Assembly (NCBI GenBank): GCA_964016885.1
Contig: OZ024743.1
Span: forward strand, 122,388,001-122,452,000
Direction of reading: 5' to 3'
Source: Eledone cirrhosa
Taxonomy: Eukaryota
DNA length: 64,000 nt
The translations under genes were made by a program, and so were the position numbers. The notes beneath the pieces are model-generated. The model searched no databases and was not told the origin of the DNA. It saw only the letters and a list, made by a program, of their open reading frames with translations. The number at the start of each line of letters is the position of its first letter. The first letter of the stretch is position 1. Shown in pieces: positions 25,701-40,542 of this stretch.

Positions 25701-25822
25701 TCGAAACGGCTTGAGCTCAGCCGTCGGGGTCTTACTGGTTCCTATTACCCACTCTACTACCCCAAGTATTGAGTACTTTGGTGCGTTATGGTCCACCTGG
25801 TTCCTTACCACATTTCCTTCGT

Positions 25823-25823
<1 letters not shown>
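25699..25823 (+). mobile_element. Copy of the 487-669 element end in (TA)n
   Basis: GTCGAAACGGCTTGAGCTCAGCCGTCGGGGTCTTACT...CCTTCGTT(AT)n. Confidence 0.75.
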
Positions 25824-25857
<34 letters not shown>

Positions 25858-27999
25858 TTGTGTTTGTGTGTGTATGTGTGTGTGCATATATATATATGGA
25901 TATTTGTTGAGTGTAGATGTAAGTATATGTGTATATATATATGTGTATGTATATATTTTTAGAGTAAGAGCCATATCATTACAACGATGATGTTTCTACA
26001 CACACACACACACATGACCCTCCAAAAAAGAAAAAAAAGAAAACCACTCGACAGGTTGACAAACTAGGCTATGACAACTGTTTATCTCATTGATTCAAAA
26101 TGACATACCGAATTCGTAGAATATTCCGGCACAGAGTTCCTCACCCATGATGTCTGCAAAAGTAGTACTCCAGCAGAGAATGCTATCATATTTGCTATGT
26201 GATCTGTATGGAACTCCTTATTGGACATACTTGAAAAAATTCCATCAAGTCCCTCATATTTCTTCTATTTCAACACCACGTAGGCAGATATATGCCAAAT
26301 GTCAAAACGTGGAGCGGACATGAGCTTTGAGTTAGTTACTAGTCATTCCTGGACAGGGAGACTAGTTTTTGTAACGCCACAGTTTAATATGTTGAAAGTT
26401 CACGTTCGTCAGAAGAAATTCCTAGAAATATTCAGGGCTGGCATTTATAGCAAGCATTGGGTTTCCAATTGTGTGCTATTTATGTTAAATGGTGGGGTAC
26501 GATGTTGTTTACTTAATACGGATAGCTGTGTGGCAAAAATCTGAAATTGAAATGTTCACAGTAGTTTGTGATTTCCGTTTATGTTATGCTCCTTTTTATG
26601 GTCAACATTCTCCTCAAGCGTTCTTCTTAGAGCCTGTGTAAATACACGTGTAATATATTTGGTTTCTGTTGGCAACTTGTAAATTATTTGAGAAATTGCA
26701 GACAACCAATAATGTTATATTTAAAACCATAAAATGATTAAAATTCAATTGAATTCAGATGGAGCGGCAGTATCACATTTTTGAAAATACTGGCTTTTAT
26801 TTGGTTCATCTATGATTTTTAGAAGGGGAAGAAAGAAGGGAATAATTATCTGTAGCAGCAATTTTTAATTTTCTCTAAAACTTTCTCTGGATAATGTTTC
26901 CTCGTTTAGAATTCCTGCATACTAAAGAACTTTTAGAATTCCTGCATTCCTAACAACTTTTCTTTCCACCGTGGGACTCGTTGTGTATTGACTGAATCAC
27001 AAGAAATGAATGAAAAGGCATTTTTATTCTTTGAAAAAAAAAAAAAAAATGTTAACATTTCTGTCAGGGAACAATATACATTAACAAATGTTTAAGTGAA
27101 AAAATACATATAAAAATGTACATTGTTTGCATAGCTTGGATATTTATAAAGAGGTTCTTTGTAATTCACACATGTAGAGTGCAATCTACATGCAAAACCA
27201 ACGGACAGGAGACCCAAGGGTAGATCTCGTGCCAGATGGTTGGGTAACATTCATGAGCTTGGCTGGTCTCGTTTGGGGATCCAGTCGGATCAGTTGGAAA
27301 CGGTTGCTTCTGACAGGACCTGCTGGAAGGTGTGTTTGAAGACTTTGCTCCCACGACCCTCTCAGGTATAAGTAGGCAAAGAAGAAGAGAAGTTATTTGT
27401 AATGCCAATCTTTTACTCATCGTGTGGAGCCGGCATCTAAATTTTGTACATGGGAAAACTGTTGTGGCTTATGCAAAAAAAAAAAAGAAAAAAATTCATT
27501 GAACTGTCCATGTTTGGAGTATATTAAATCTATGATCCTTTGTGCATAAATCTTTTATATTTCTGCTGATGCTGTTGTCCTTATTCCGATGCCTATTTTC
27601 TCTATTTTCCTAATTAATTATATCTAAAGACTATAAATTCCTGCTCGAAAGTGGAACGAATAAGAACCCAGTTTGAAGTTGTTTTATCATCTAAATTTCT
27701 TATCACATTCTATATTTAATAAACAGAACAATGACAACGATAGCATTGATGTCGATGATCTTGATGTTACATTTAGTGGAGAAGACTTAGAGGTATGTCA
27801 ACAAATATACTTACTTCTCACGTGATTTTGCCTTTTAACTCTATCCTTATATGCAATAAGTCCAGAAAGGCTTATGTTGGCCATGGGCCCGTCATAGAGT
27901 CATAACAAGTATGCTCATGAACTGGGTATTATGGTTCTATCTGCAAGGTAAGTCCCAAAGGATACTCACAGGAACCTATGCACATTATTATTGGTTTAA

Positions 28000-28190
28000 C
28001 AGTATCAGTAGAGCGTCAGACACCACGCTTTGCAGCATAGAGTTACGGGCCTTTATGGTCTGAGTTCAAATCCCACCGAGGTTAACTTTACCTTTCATCC
28101 TTACGGGGTCAACAAAATAAAGCACCAGTAACGTACTGGGGTCAATTTAATCGACTTTCCCCTCCCCCAAATTACTAGCCTTGTGCCTAT
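28000..28190 (+). mobile_element. tRNA-derived SINE, long-tail variant
   Basis: B-box and body motif; tail with extra ATCGACTTTCCCCTCCCCCAAATT. Confidence 0.75.
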
Positions 28191-29349
28191 TTTTTTTAAG
28201 GTTGCAACCAACATTTTAACAATGTTTGGAAGGATTAACCAAGTGTAATATTTACACAATCTGTTTAAAACAGAAGAGGAACACAGCTTATTACATGCAG
28301 AAAAATAAGCAGGCAGTGGATCCAGCCACATAACTGGGCAGATGGATGTATTGCATTTGCCATTGTTATGTTTGTTTTGCAGATGTTACACATGTATACA
28401 TTGGGGTTAGAATTCGTCATAACATCTATAGCAGAAGGACTCTCATACACGGATAGATGATGGGTTCTCTTGCATCATCCCCTTATATTTATATCTTCTC
28501 AAAATGTTTAATCCGCCAATGAAGCTGACCCTTTCCCCCCCAAATGAAAAGTTTCCTTATGATGTATAACCATTTCTTACCAGATCAATCAAGGATATAT
28601 TATTCACTATTGAAAATAAACTGAAAATAAAAATATTTATATTATCTCTATCAAAGTGCTACGTAGTGTTGGAAATTATATTGAACGTTTTAGGGACATT
28701 TACAGTATGATATGGTAATTGTTTATGTACGTGAATTCAGGTCCGAGTGCATGTTTTTGTCTCATACTTTTGAAGTATTTTTCTAATAATGTACTGCTGG
28801 TCTCTTTTGTTTTCCGGGCTAAACGAGAAATAGAGAGGTACATATTACTATAGTAAGTCTTAAGAGCATTGAATAATTGAAGCGTGCTCAATAGAGTAGA
28901 TGTGGGTTGCCTGAAGAGCGAGTGTTAGACTTAACTTCAATTCCTGTCATCCACATTAAAGTACTGGTTTATTTCCTCTTACTTTATCTTCAAGAGATTG
29001 CCACTTCTTGATGAGATGAAAAAATGAATAAATAAGATGTTTGATTTCAAGTCATCTGTTCGAAATAAATATCAATAAAATTGAACTAGTATTAGACATG
29101 TATATTTAAAGTACTGTGTCAGAGATTACCAAAATACTTCTATGTTATTGGTTTAAATCTTACTAGAATCCACGCTGCAGTGACTGAGGAAACACAGAAC
29201 TCTTTCTTGAAAACTAAGACAATCTTACACTTTAGTGGTTAGCATTAAGGGCTTAGTATATTCTAATAGAGAAAAAAAAAAGCTAAAATACTTTTTGATT
29301 TTAAGTATTATCTATTAGGCCACTGAATCTTATGCTACACAAAAGCAAT

Positions 29350-30100
29350 ATTTGATAAACTACGGACAAATAAACATTCTCAAGTAAAACCTTTAAAGCA
29401 GTAGGTATTATATACTTATTCAGTAATGGTAAGTTTATATAAGCTTCTCTCTATTACATGAAGATTCAAGATGAAAGCTAAATACCAAACAAAAGGTGAT
29501 AAAAACAAAGGTTGCATCCTATTCCTTATGTATGTTTAAATGTCAATATTTACTTATAGTTCATTGATTATAGGTTTTTCTTGTCTAAAAACAGTATTGG
29601 ATTGAACATCTTTGTTCTGACATTTTCACTTGGATTAAAATGTTTTACCAGCCAAATTGATCTTGCTATATGTTGCACGATGTTATTCTGAGCTATTTAT
29701 TGCAGATGTTTGTGACCAGGTATTTTTCCTATCAACATTAAAAGATATAATTGTCCTCGGATATCTTTATTGTATCTCCATCAGCACTACAGATAGTTAT
29801 TTTCACAAATGAGCTTAGTGTTTTTGCTGGCCCTCACGCCTAGGAAATAATGTGTAAATAGAAGTCTGTCACATGACAAGTAGAGAGTGAGTAAATGAGA
29901 AGTAAAATGTAAGTAATTGGAAAGATGATGTGTTCATCACCTTAGCTTGACTGGCAAACAAGAAAAGGGTGGGCAAGACGATGAAAATGAGAGTGCGTTG
30001 AAGCAAGCTTTCTTTTGCTTTAAGGACACGCAGTTTTACTATGATTGTAAAATATAGTCTGGAATAATTGAAATTACACGTCAATCTGTCAATGATTTAC
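29350..30100 (-). mobile_element. Highly decayed pogo/Tigger-like transposase relic
   Basis: Minus-strand peptide remnants LKAKE, SADG, IFNVD and MQP in the expected order. Confidence 0.4.
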
Positions 30101-33100
30101 AAATAACATTGTAATATTTTAGCAAATATATTAACATTTTAGATTAAGTTTTTATGATTCTCACTAAATTGCTGACGATTACGGATCCCATCGATTTACC
30201 GTCAACAACATCTATGGAACGATGTCGAAGACATAATCGAAACATAAATTTCATTACCGAACACTTCCGTTCTTTAAATACTTTCTTTGTTGCATGTCAA
30301 GATTACATTAAAAAAGTCAATAAGGATAATTGACACGAAAAGCCACTCGGAAATGTAGATTGAAATATTGTCAAATACATCACCAACAATTCGACGAGAT
30401 TATTGACACCCTATGAAGACAAAACTAAATTACTTTGGAAAAAGTGTCAAGCATTAATAAAGTTGCTGGTGTGTTGCGTCATATCAAAGGTATTCATCGC
30501 CGTTAGTATGTATGTATTTATATTGAAACAACAAACATATTCAATAATGAAACTATCATATTTACATTCCCGATTATATCTTCGATATCCTATAGTTAGA
30601 TGGCATTAAATGAATGGGACCTGTATTCACCAATAGTGCCAACCATTGTGTAAACCATTAAAGTATATTATAAAAAGGCTATCACTTTCGATATAACTAT
30701 GATTATAAATAGTTTTGACACTATTTTTAGTGAGCAGCATGCACTATCACACTTACGAATTATTAGTTTAGGTCTTTTAAATAAAAGTAAATTAAATTAC
30801 TATTAAATACAAAATGTGAATTATTTTGGTAAGACATTTATCAATAGTTGTATGGATGCGCCATTATCTATAATTAAAACTGTCAGCATTTTTAATAGTA
30901 TTTGGCCAAACATCGAAATTAACTTATATTAACACAAAAACATTAAAACAATATATTTATTACTGAAAGTTAAAATATACATTTATAAAGAGTAAACACC
31001 ATATTTTAATTACAGTTTAATACTTGAAAATGTCTGTTCCAGAAAATAAATAAATTTATAGATGTACCATACATTTATATAATGATCATTTGGTGTTTGT
31101 TTTCAGACAGGAATTCATAAATGTTAATATATTTTTCAATAAATATTCATCCCGTTAGATAATAGATATAAACTGTGTTTTACTGATCAGTTATGCGGCT
31201 CAGACTATTCAAGCTGTTTAGTTTATATTTTAGTAACTTTAGTAGAATTTATCTCAACGAATAACACGAGAAGTGAGCATTAATCAGTTTGAATGGCCTA
31301 CTGCTTCATTTTTTTTTCAACAATTTCACTTATGATTAAATAGTATTTCGTATTTAAATGATAAATATGTACAGTTTTAGATATTCCACAAGAAGCATTG
31401 TTTATTATAAGTTTAAAATGAAAATTGCAATTTCATGAAAAGGAACAACTAGATTTGTATGGACACTATGAATTTGAAACATGTTATATCATCATACAAT
31501 AGGAATCTGCTGTTTAGTTAGAAGTCAACTTCCAGGAGACTGATAAATCAAAGGTGTTCTAGCCTTTTACGCTATCTCTAAGGTTACATAGCATGAAGTT
31601 GAAGAGAATTGTTTCTGCTATTTCTTGATCGAGCAATTACATCACAGCTCCACTGTTGGCTGATGTGAGGATAAAGTTTTGTTTTTGTGTGTAGGCCTAT
31701 GTAAATGGATAAGTTAATGGTGTTAATAAGTTAAAGCCCGCTATAGCAAGAAAAGGATGAAAGGGATTGAGCTGCATTTCTGAAGCTAAGGATTGAGATA
31801 GAATTAAATATACTGGTGAAGTGGAGAGTAGGAAAGTATTAGAATAAGACGAATATCAAAATGCTACGCAGAAAATCGCTTCAGTAAAATGTAATATCAT
31901 AATGCCAATGATTACTGTCAGTGGATCAATTCTATACCGTTCGAATATAAATGATCAATCAATATCAGGGAAGTCATTGCTGATATACATAACCTTTAAG
32001 ACGTAGGTTTCTCAGAAATAGGTTAACCTTTGTGTTCTACCTTAGGATAACATCGATATTTTAATACAAAATTACATATTAACCTTGTTCTATGGAACTG
32101 CCAGAATAAATCTGAACGATCTTAGCTTGACACCGCTGGGATTTCTCCTATAACAAACGTACATTCTAATTCCATTTGAATATAAGAAGCTTTTGTATAG
32201 GAAATGTTTCTGAGAATATGGGAAAATTATATGTAGTATAAAACAGGATACACTGTAATTAGAAGAAATACAATACTTCCACTGAGAATTTCTCATGATA
32301 TAAGGAAAAGATGGTTTTGAATAAACAGTAAAAATACAATCAAGGCAGTAAAAATATAATCAACTACTACAACACCAAAGTTAAGAAATATTTAATTAAC
32401 GGGCAAATATAACTAAAATATTGATAAAGAAAATATATAGCAATCCTGAAATGTAAATCGTGGCCAAGGTTTAATTTCCCCGACAAGCATTAAAAAAAAA
32501 AAAAAAAAAGATTTTGTTCTATACTCAAATTGTTTATATATATATATATATATAAAGAATGGGACCAGGTGCAGTGGTAAAGTAATCCATTGTTTTATGA
32601 GCGTTTCAGTCAGAGGGCACAATTATCTATGTGCAGGCTAATTGAAGGCAGTGAGACACATTCATATAGCCTTACATATATTCTGCCGCCTATATTCAGA
32701 AAATCCTTTTTGAGGCTAATGGTATAGAGTTGCATAGTTGCCATCGATAATTTTGTCCATTGAAACGATCATAAAACAATGGATTAACTAACTAATGTAT
32801 ATTGTCTTATCCTTTCATTTTTTATTATATATGTGAATCTATAATTCCGAATATTCATACTGTAATGAAATATTATTTTTCCACAAAAACAGCTCATCAA
32901 GCTCCGGTTGCCGCAATTTAGAAAAAACAAGTTCCAGTAACAGGGAAAGAACTAATTAACTAGTAAACCTATAATTACTTATGTAGCTACATATAAAGTT
33001 ACTGCAACAATCAACAACACTGCCTTGGACTCAACGCATGTGAGCCTCACAAATACCGTTGTGGTAACAGTAGGAAAGTTAAGGATACACTCGCTCTCTT

Positions 33101-33159
33101 TTCGGCATAGAGTAGGAGTATTACTTTCTATGCTAGTCACCATTGTGACTTCTGGAATG

Positions 33160-33348
33160 GGCGGTGAATTGGCAGTATCAGTAGAGGGCTGGACGCCATG
33201 CTTTCTAGCATAGTTAAGTCCCTTTACAGTCTGAGTTCAAATCCCGCCGAGGTCAACTTTGCCTTTCATCCTTACGGGGTCGATAAAATAAAGTACCAGT
33301 AATGTACTGGGTAATTGCTGACCTTGTGTCTAAAGTAGAAACAATTAT
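33160..33348 (+). mobile_element. Full-length tRNA-derived SINE with TSD
   Basis: Head GGCGGTGAATTGGCAGTATC, B-box, tail; TGACTTCTGG duplicated on both sides. Confidence 0.92.
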
Positions 33349-33549
33349 GACTTCTGGTGTCCTCGGACTATTGTTTATCCGCCAAATCAGGATTCTGGTA
33401 TCACACCTAAGAGACAAGCCACGAGAGGTGGATGGATGATGTAGTAGGTGTCCCTGGCTGTCCTCCTTGGCAACGCATTTGTTATCTTGTCTGCGAAGCG
33501 CACCCGAGATATTCAGTCCAGCCGAAATGTTAAAACATGCATAAGATTG

Positions 33550-33765
33550 GTGGCTTGGCAGAATAGTTAGTGCAACGGATGAAATGTATTGAAGTAATTC
33601 GTTAAGACCGTCATATTCTGGTTTCCTATCCTGCCGACGTCAACTATGCATTTCATTCCTCCGGGCTCAATAAAATATAGTACCAGTAAAGTACTGAGGT
33701 CGCCACAATCGACTTCCCGCTTCCTCACAAAATTGTTGGCCTTGTGCCTAAATTAGAGATCAGTA
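33550..33765 (+). mobile_element. Older diverged SINE copy
   Basis: TGGCAGAATAG head, TTTCATTCCTCCGGGCTCAATAAAATATAGTACCAG body, GGCCTTGTGCCTAAA tail. Confidence 0.65.
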
Positions 33766-35209
33766 TTGCACACACATCATTCAACAATTTCAACAACTAC
33801 AATCAACAATGTTATATCAGGAGAGGAGGATGCAAAGTTTCTAAGTGTATTAGTGGTATAAACGATACGGCCTTGAATAGCTTTCCGTAAATATATTCTT
33901 GCATTACAGCACACATCATTACTACTATTCCTATTAACTCACCAACAACTATGCCTTCCTACTACCATCCTATCCCCCAATGGTATGGTCTGAGAAGACC
34001 AGATACCTGTCTTAACGCTGTTTAATGTATTTAGCTAGGGTATTAGAAGATAAAGATGTAGCAATACAGAGAATCTAATGAGCAGTTTATCTTTAAGTCC
34101 ATTGAGATACTTTAATTATTCTCGCTCTGTACAATTCTGAATGATTATTATTTACCAAATTGTGAAACCATGAAACCAATAGTTACTTTTTCAATCGAAA
34201 AATATGCATATTTCGAAAAGTGTCACTAGCTGTCAAATAACTGAATAAATAAATAACTCATGACTTATTTCAAAATGTAGTAGAGGAATAGCTGCATTAA
34301 GAAATTCGGTTCTCAATTGCGTTCGATCCAACTGCACAGCACCTTCCACAAATATATCTACCGTAGCTTCGAGTCAACTAAAACATTATGAATGAAATAT
34401 CTTAATCAAAGGCACCGTGGGATAATCGTCCTTCGTCCTATCGTTATATAAAAAGAATATTTCTAGCGTTGAACCGGAATGCCGAGAACAATTATAGATA
34501 GTTGTCAAGATTTGTAATTTCAATTTAAAACCACATAAAGTGTTGATCAAGACACTATCCTATTCAGCTTTAGTTCTGAATAATTTTCAAACTGAAGGAT
34601 ACAATGAAACATTCCTCCAGGAAATATATTCATGTCAATGTCTTCCGTCAATATTTGTTAAGTTAGGAATAAATTATCCAAGCAAAGAATCCCCCACTAC
34701 TCTGTATTCTTAGTTTATTCTATTATGCCATTGCACGAAGTGACAGTTGCCAATATCCTTGAAACATAGATTGGACAGAAGTTTCATTTTTATTCAGAAT
34801 ACTTCACAGTATCTACCAAAAATATTTTCAGTACCACTTATTGCTGATCTAATGATATTAAAGTACAAGATATTTAAAGATATACAAACACTGAAAAAAC
34901 AAACAAGAAAAGTGATTCTATGGCAGGAACGACAGTTCTACTAGTGTTATGGCACTCAACCTTTCTCTTATTTTTTTTTGCCTTTGTATTGGGTTGATTG
35001 GCAGAGTTCAAATCCTGTCGAGGTCAACTTTACCTTTTAGCTTTCTGAAGATGATAAAATAAAGTTCTAGCCAAGTACTGGAGTCGTTATAATCGAAATT
35101 ATAATACTGCGATACGGTCAACGTATGTAACAATTTACTATGAAATGAAATCGAAAACTATCATACACAAAACTTACATTTACATAATTGGCTGATGAAA
35201 AGTTTAAAG

Positions 35210-35393
35210 CAGAGGTTCTCAAATCTTTTGGGCCACCACCCTCTTCATGGCCACGTAATACCCTTAGCGACCGCACCCCTATTTCCAGAGAGACCCGCCT
35301 ACCCGCAAGTTGTAAATAATATATGTTAAATTAAATCGTGGACCTTCTTAATCTCCCCCCGCGGGGTGGTAGTGCCAACTTTGAGAACCTCTG
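35210..35393. mobile_element. hAT (Charlie-like) MITE
   Basis: 14-bp TIRs CAGAGGTTCTCAAA / TTTGAGAACCTCTG; perfect 8-bp TSD GTTTAAAG at 35202-35209 and 35394-35401. Confidence 0.92.
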
Positions 35394-35810
35394 GTTTAAA
35401 GCTTGCATACATCATATGCTTAGAATCAACAGCTCTAGGGCAACAACACTGCTGGGGGCATGGTTTCAAGTCCAAACATATGCATTTTTCTCCGATAAAG
35501 AAATATGGGTGTAGTACAGTGTTAAAGCATTAACAGTAGTAGTAGGGGAATAGTTATTTTCATCTTAATGCCAGTTTGAAAAAAGATCTTTCTAAATCTG
35601 TACTTTGAACATTACCTATGTGGATTTACATAATCTTCAGCATCAAGCACTAAATGAAAATTAAAATTTCAAAATAGTATTGTATGGTTTTCTAAACTTC
35701 CAACAGACATAGTTTTCGAAAAAAACAAAGAAACAACAAAACAAAATTAAAGAAACTAAACTGGAATTTTTATGAATTTTAGTTTTCAAGAATTCCCCGA
35801 ATATTATAAA

Positions 35811-35978
35811 AGGATCGGCTGAAAATGTCATGGGCTGACCAAGCTACTCTCATGGAATGCCCAAATGTTTATTTTTCAACATAATCCCTAGAAAGAAACA
35901 GTGCAGTTATTAATAAGAGTTGAAATTAATACATGCAAGATCACCACTCCTTAGCCCATGAACTCTTTAGCCAATCCT
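35811..35978. mobile_element. Old mariner-like MITE
   Basis: Imperfect TIRs of about 28 bp: AGGATCGGCTGAAAATGTCATGGGCTGA vs TTAGCCCATGAACTCTTTAGCCAATCCT. Confidence 0.6.
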
Positions 35979-36229
35979 CTATATAATATGATATAATTCA
36001 CACAAATCATAAAAGCTAGGTATAAAAATAATGTAGCAATGAATAAATGTTTAAATGTTATAGTATCTTGGGCCAATTGGTTGTTTGAATCTGGAGAGGA
36101 TCTCCATCTAATGAGTTAATGTTTGTAAACGACTAAAGAAGTGTTACCCATTCTTCAGGAACAATCTAGCAATATACTATATCGAAATAAATAATTTTAG
36201 ATAATAGATCTGGTAGAAATGCAGGGAGA

Positions 36230-36682
36230 TTGTCAAGTCGAAGGTAATTCACGAACAGTGCGGTATTCGCCCTGGATGCAGTACAATCAACCAAATATTC
36301 ACACTGTAGCAAGTGGAAAAGTTCAAGTATTTCGGGGCTGTAATGACGAGTGACAGAAGGCAGCTGAAATAAATGCAAGAATTACTGGAGCTTGTACAGT
36401 CATTTTCCATCTTCAGCATTCTGTAATCAGAAGAAGGGACGTAGGTATAAAAGCCAAACTCACTATCTTCAACTCGGTATTCGTGCCAACCCTTACCTAT
36501 GGTAATGACCGGAAGAGTACAATCGCGAATACAATCGGCTGAAATGGGGTACCTCTGAGGGGTCTTTGGCGTAACGTTACTCGATAGAGTGCATAGCTCG
36601 GAGATCAGAGAGTCACTACTTCTCCGAAATAAAAGATCACAGCTCCGATACTATGGGCATAACGTTAGAATATCAGAGGAGG

Positions 36683-36713
<31 letters not shown>

Positions 36714-36920
36714 ACTTCACAGATTTTACGTGCAAATTGAACCGAAAGGAGACCCATGGGTAGACCGCGAGAATGATAACATCCATGAGCTCCGTTGTTC
36801 TTACTTGGGGAACCAGCCGGATCAGTTGGGGTGATTGTTTCTGCCATGAAGAAGTGTTTGAGTACTGCTAGAGGAAGTGTTTGAGTACTGCTACCACGAT
36901 CCTCTCAAAACGAAGAGATA
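36230..36920 (+). mobile_element. Decayed RTE-type LINE 3' fragment
   Basis: QVEKFKYFG, IFNSVFVPTLTYG, RSQLRYYGH remnants. Related pieces at about 27180-27380 and 48200-48445. Confidence 0.7.
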
Positions 36921-38559
36921 GATAAAACAAAAGAAAATGGGCTTAACATATTCTCATCTATTAAACAAGCTATGTATCTTTCGACATAGAAGACTGAAGT
37001 TCTGAGTAATTATGAATATCTATAATACTTGATTTTATAGGTTTTTTCAAAAATGTACATTGAAATAAAAACAATCAACTTGTTCTCCACGAACTATGTT
37101 TTAAACCGAATAGAATAAATTTGAATATATCGCAAATCTATGTTTTTCTACTTGTCACAAAGTTCACATTTGGATGTTATGCTTTCAACAAATCTTAATT
37201 ATATTTAAAACCCAACACTCAAATGTGAACGCATAATCGAAAGCTAACAATGACTCAATGTTATGAAGTTCAATAAATTTATGCAACAAAATAGAAGTAA
37301 AAAGATTTTTTTTTATTAAACGATGAATTTCAACGGATCTCGTTCGTAAATGATAATTTTTACTCATGGCCCAGGATATACGAATCAACCGCCTATGGTT
37401 ATTTTGTTTTAGTCCATCGGAATTTATCTCGGTGTAGAGTAAAGTTCAATTGTACTAATATATTAAATTAATAGAGACGTTCGTTCCAAATATGTATTTG
37501 TGTCAAACATTAAATCCTGTCCCAAGAATTTATTTTATGCTTAAGCTAATCATATGCTTCCTAACAGTTATGCAATTTAATCTAAGAAAGTGTTCATTAT
37601 AATTGCATCGCATTTCTAATTTCTATGGAAGAATAAAGACCATATTGTAATGTAAAACAGGAAAAGTCTCCATCTTGTTAATTCTTGCTGACTGCGAGTT
37701 AAAGATAAAAATGCATCCATCATTGATGACGGATTTAGAACGTCAATTACATTACACGAACAATTAATATTGTAGAATTTATTTCATCATTGATAAATAT
37801 GTAGTTTTAATTAAATCTCCTGACATGTTACATTTATCACTTTAGTTCAAAATTAAAAGCTGACGAGATTTTACTCAGTTTTGTGTAGTCATGATAAATT
37901 GCATCCAATATTTGTCTTTGGTACTTTAGAAATGTAGTAAAAGTAAATTTAGTATTACGTTTATCTGAAAACCATCCGTCCACAAATATATGGCTATTGG
38001 TGGGAATACTTTGATTGATTCGTTTGTATCAACTACAAAACATGAACAAGATACTTTTGAAATAACCGCTGTATTTTAATGAAAAGGTAAGGCTTTTAAA
38101 CAATCAGGTCCTAAGATACAGAAAAGCGTTCATCTAAAGTAAGTGTAATTGTATTTAAAATGTTTTCATATATTCGCAAAGATTCAAGAGCCTCTGATGC
38201 TGATGCTATGCGCTTAATTGTTTTCAAGTATTGCCCTTAATAATTCACATTCCCCATGTTCTTTTGTTTAAATAAATTAGTCTAGATGGAAATAGCAGTG
38301 GCCTCTTTTCAAGGCTTCCAAACATTGAGTAAGGAAAGGGGAGAGGTAATATTATTCTGAAAACAGAACTCGAATTCATGCAACACGGTGGACACCGCTA
38401 AAGGCCTCCAAGGGTTAGGTTAACCGTTACACAGCTGTAATGTACTAAATTCTTACATTGAGTTATTCATCTGCAGAAAATGTACTTTATTTTAAAGGTG
38501 TCCACAGAAAATATCCAAATACCTTAAGTAATATCTCCTCTCTTCTACTATAAAGGCCG

Positions 38560-39350
38560 TCTGTACTTGGTATCCGATTCGCTTTAAAACTACCCGTTGA
38601 ACAAATTCCTACCACTAACTAATTGTCGTTTGCCCTTATAAACATTAGCAAAAACAATGCTGCTGAACATTGTTTAAGCAAAGCCTTCGACCATGTTTGA
38701 AATGAAAACAACCTTGCTGAGTTGACCACGTATGTGATATTTCTTGTATCGAATTGTATTTCTTGAATCAGAAGCTTTGTCAGATCATAAATATTACAGT
38801 AGGCATAGATGAGGCTTCTCCAGACATTCTATCAATTATTGTATCATTCAGCCTCCCAAAATCACAGACCTTATAAATCCTTAAACAGGAACATGCCAAC
38901 CTAATTTCTATGAACAAAGATAGACATAGCACATTTTTTTAAACTCGTACAATGCATTACATTTATTCCATATTCGTCTTAGGATCCAGGCAATACTTCC
39001 GCTCTAAGTAGTCTGACCATTTAAAATGTTAAAGTAAAACCCCGCTTGATGTATCACTCACATCTAGGACAAGGCCGCTGCTTTACGACCCCCCCCCCCC
39101 CTCACCTCCACAGAAAAAGACAAACAAAACGGTTTCACTGAGTGGCTCAAATATGACCAGTCTACTTTGATTACGTTTACCACTAACAGCTGTAAACCCA
39201 TTACAAGTTGTTCCCCCCCCCCCTACCTATTCTAGTTCACTTCTCTTTCTGCAAACATTTAGTATGAGGAACCCTTTTTTCAAGGAGCAACGTTTCTCTG
39301 TAAAGAAGGATCTAGAGATGCTTAAAGTGAACATCAACCACATCAATCAC
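38560..39350 (+). mobile_element. Very decayed CR1/L2-like LINE fragment
   Basis: LSKAFDHV remnant at about 38675 and weak downstream similarity. Confidence 0.35.
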
Positions 39351-40542
39351 AACAGGGGGGGGGGGGGGTTAGCAGTGATCAAACATTTATAAGCTATGTT
39401 TTAATATAGAGCGCCCAAAATATTGTTTGTGCAGTCATATGACTTAGAAAGCAATTAAGAAAAAATAAAAATGATTTGAAAAGTCATTTAAAAGAAATAT
39501 CTCCACATGCACTATCATAATTCAAAGAAATGTGATATCAAATTTCAATGAACAGCTAAATAGAAAATCTTCCGGTTTACAAAGTTGCCTCTATCATAAT
39601 TATCACATAAGGGCGTTCACTTATTTCACTTGAAGTTTCACCGTTAGAGCACTAATCACGAGTATATAGTTGGATATATGCGATGCTGATTGATATATAT
39701 CTAATAGCACAAGTTGGTGCTGAAAAATGCAGTTAGTGGATTTGCGTTGGTGCAAATTTAAACTAACTTATTAGAATTAGTTCAAAATGTATTTTAAAAA
39801 AAGTCAATGGAAGGTTAAAATGCACTGAACAGTTTCACTAAACGTCTTTTCAATGAGTAAAAATTAAAAGAAAATTAGAATTACACACCGACATACTCAA
39901 TTATTTTAAACTCCACGTCCGTCCATACGTTTCCTTCGTACCAAATGAGTTACATTGTCAATGTTGGTTATTTAGATTGTTTACCTGTATAAAAACTGGA
40001 AATTGTAGTATAAATATAAAACATTTCTAGATTTTAAAGGCTATTCAGTTAGAGTCTGGTATGTTGATTGCTTTTCTATTATATATTTACATGTCAAGAA
40101 GTAGAAACTAAATCGGAAAATCATTTCAGGATTATATTTTCAAAGTAGAAATAATTGCCACTATTTCCGATTTTAAGCTATTCAAATAATTCCTTTTCAA
40201 CGGAAATTCTATGAAATAGTATTAATATCCTGGAGTAAACAGTATGATATCTATACTCAAGAATCCAAAACCTAAATTAAACAAAATACCGGCTCGATTT
40301 TATCAATATTACATTAGAATTACAAAAATATTGCGCTTAAACATACAATTTCAAATCCAATTCTATTTATACTTAATAAACACAAGACAACATGCAATTT
40401 AACTTCAAATTTAATAGGACTAGAGTTGGTTTTTATAGAGTACATACGAAAATCGCAGTTTAGATTGTTTGACAATACACAGTATTTGTGTAACACTTTT
40501 AATCAAATTTCATCTTTAAATTATTTATGGCTGCACAACGAA

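Noticed and set aside
33160-33250. tRNA gene suggested by A/B boxes
   Set aside because: There is no cloverleaf, and the boxes belong to a multi-copy SINE head with TSDs.
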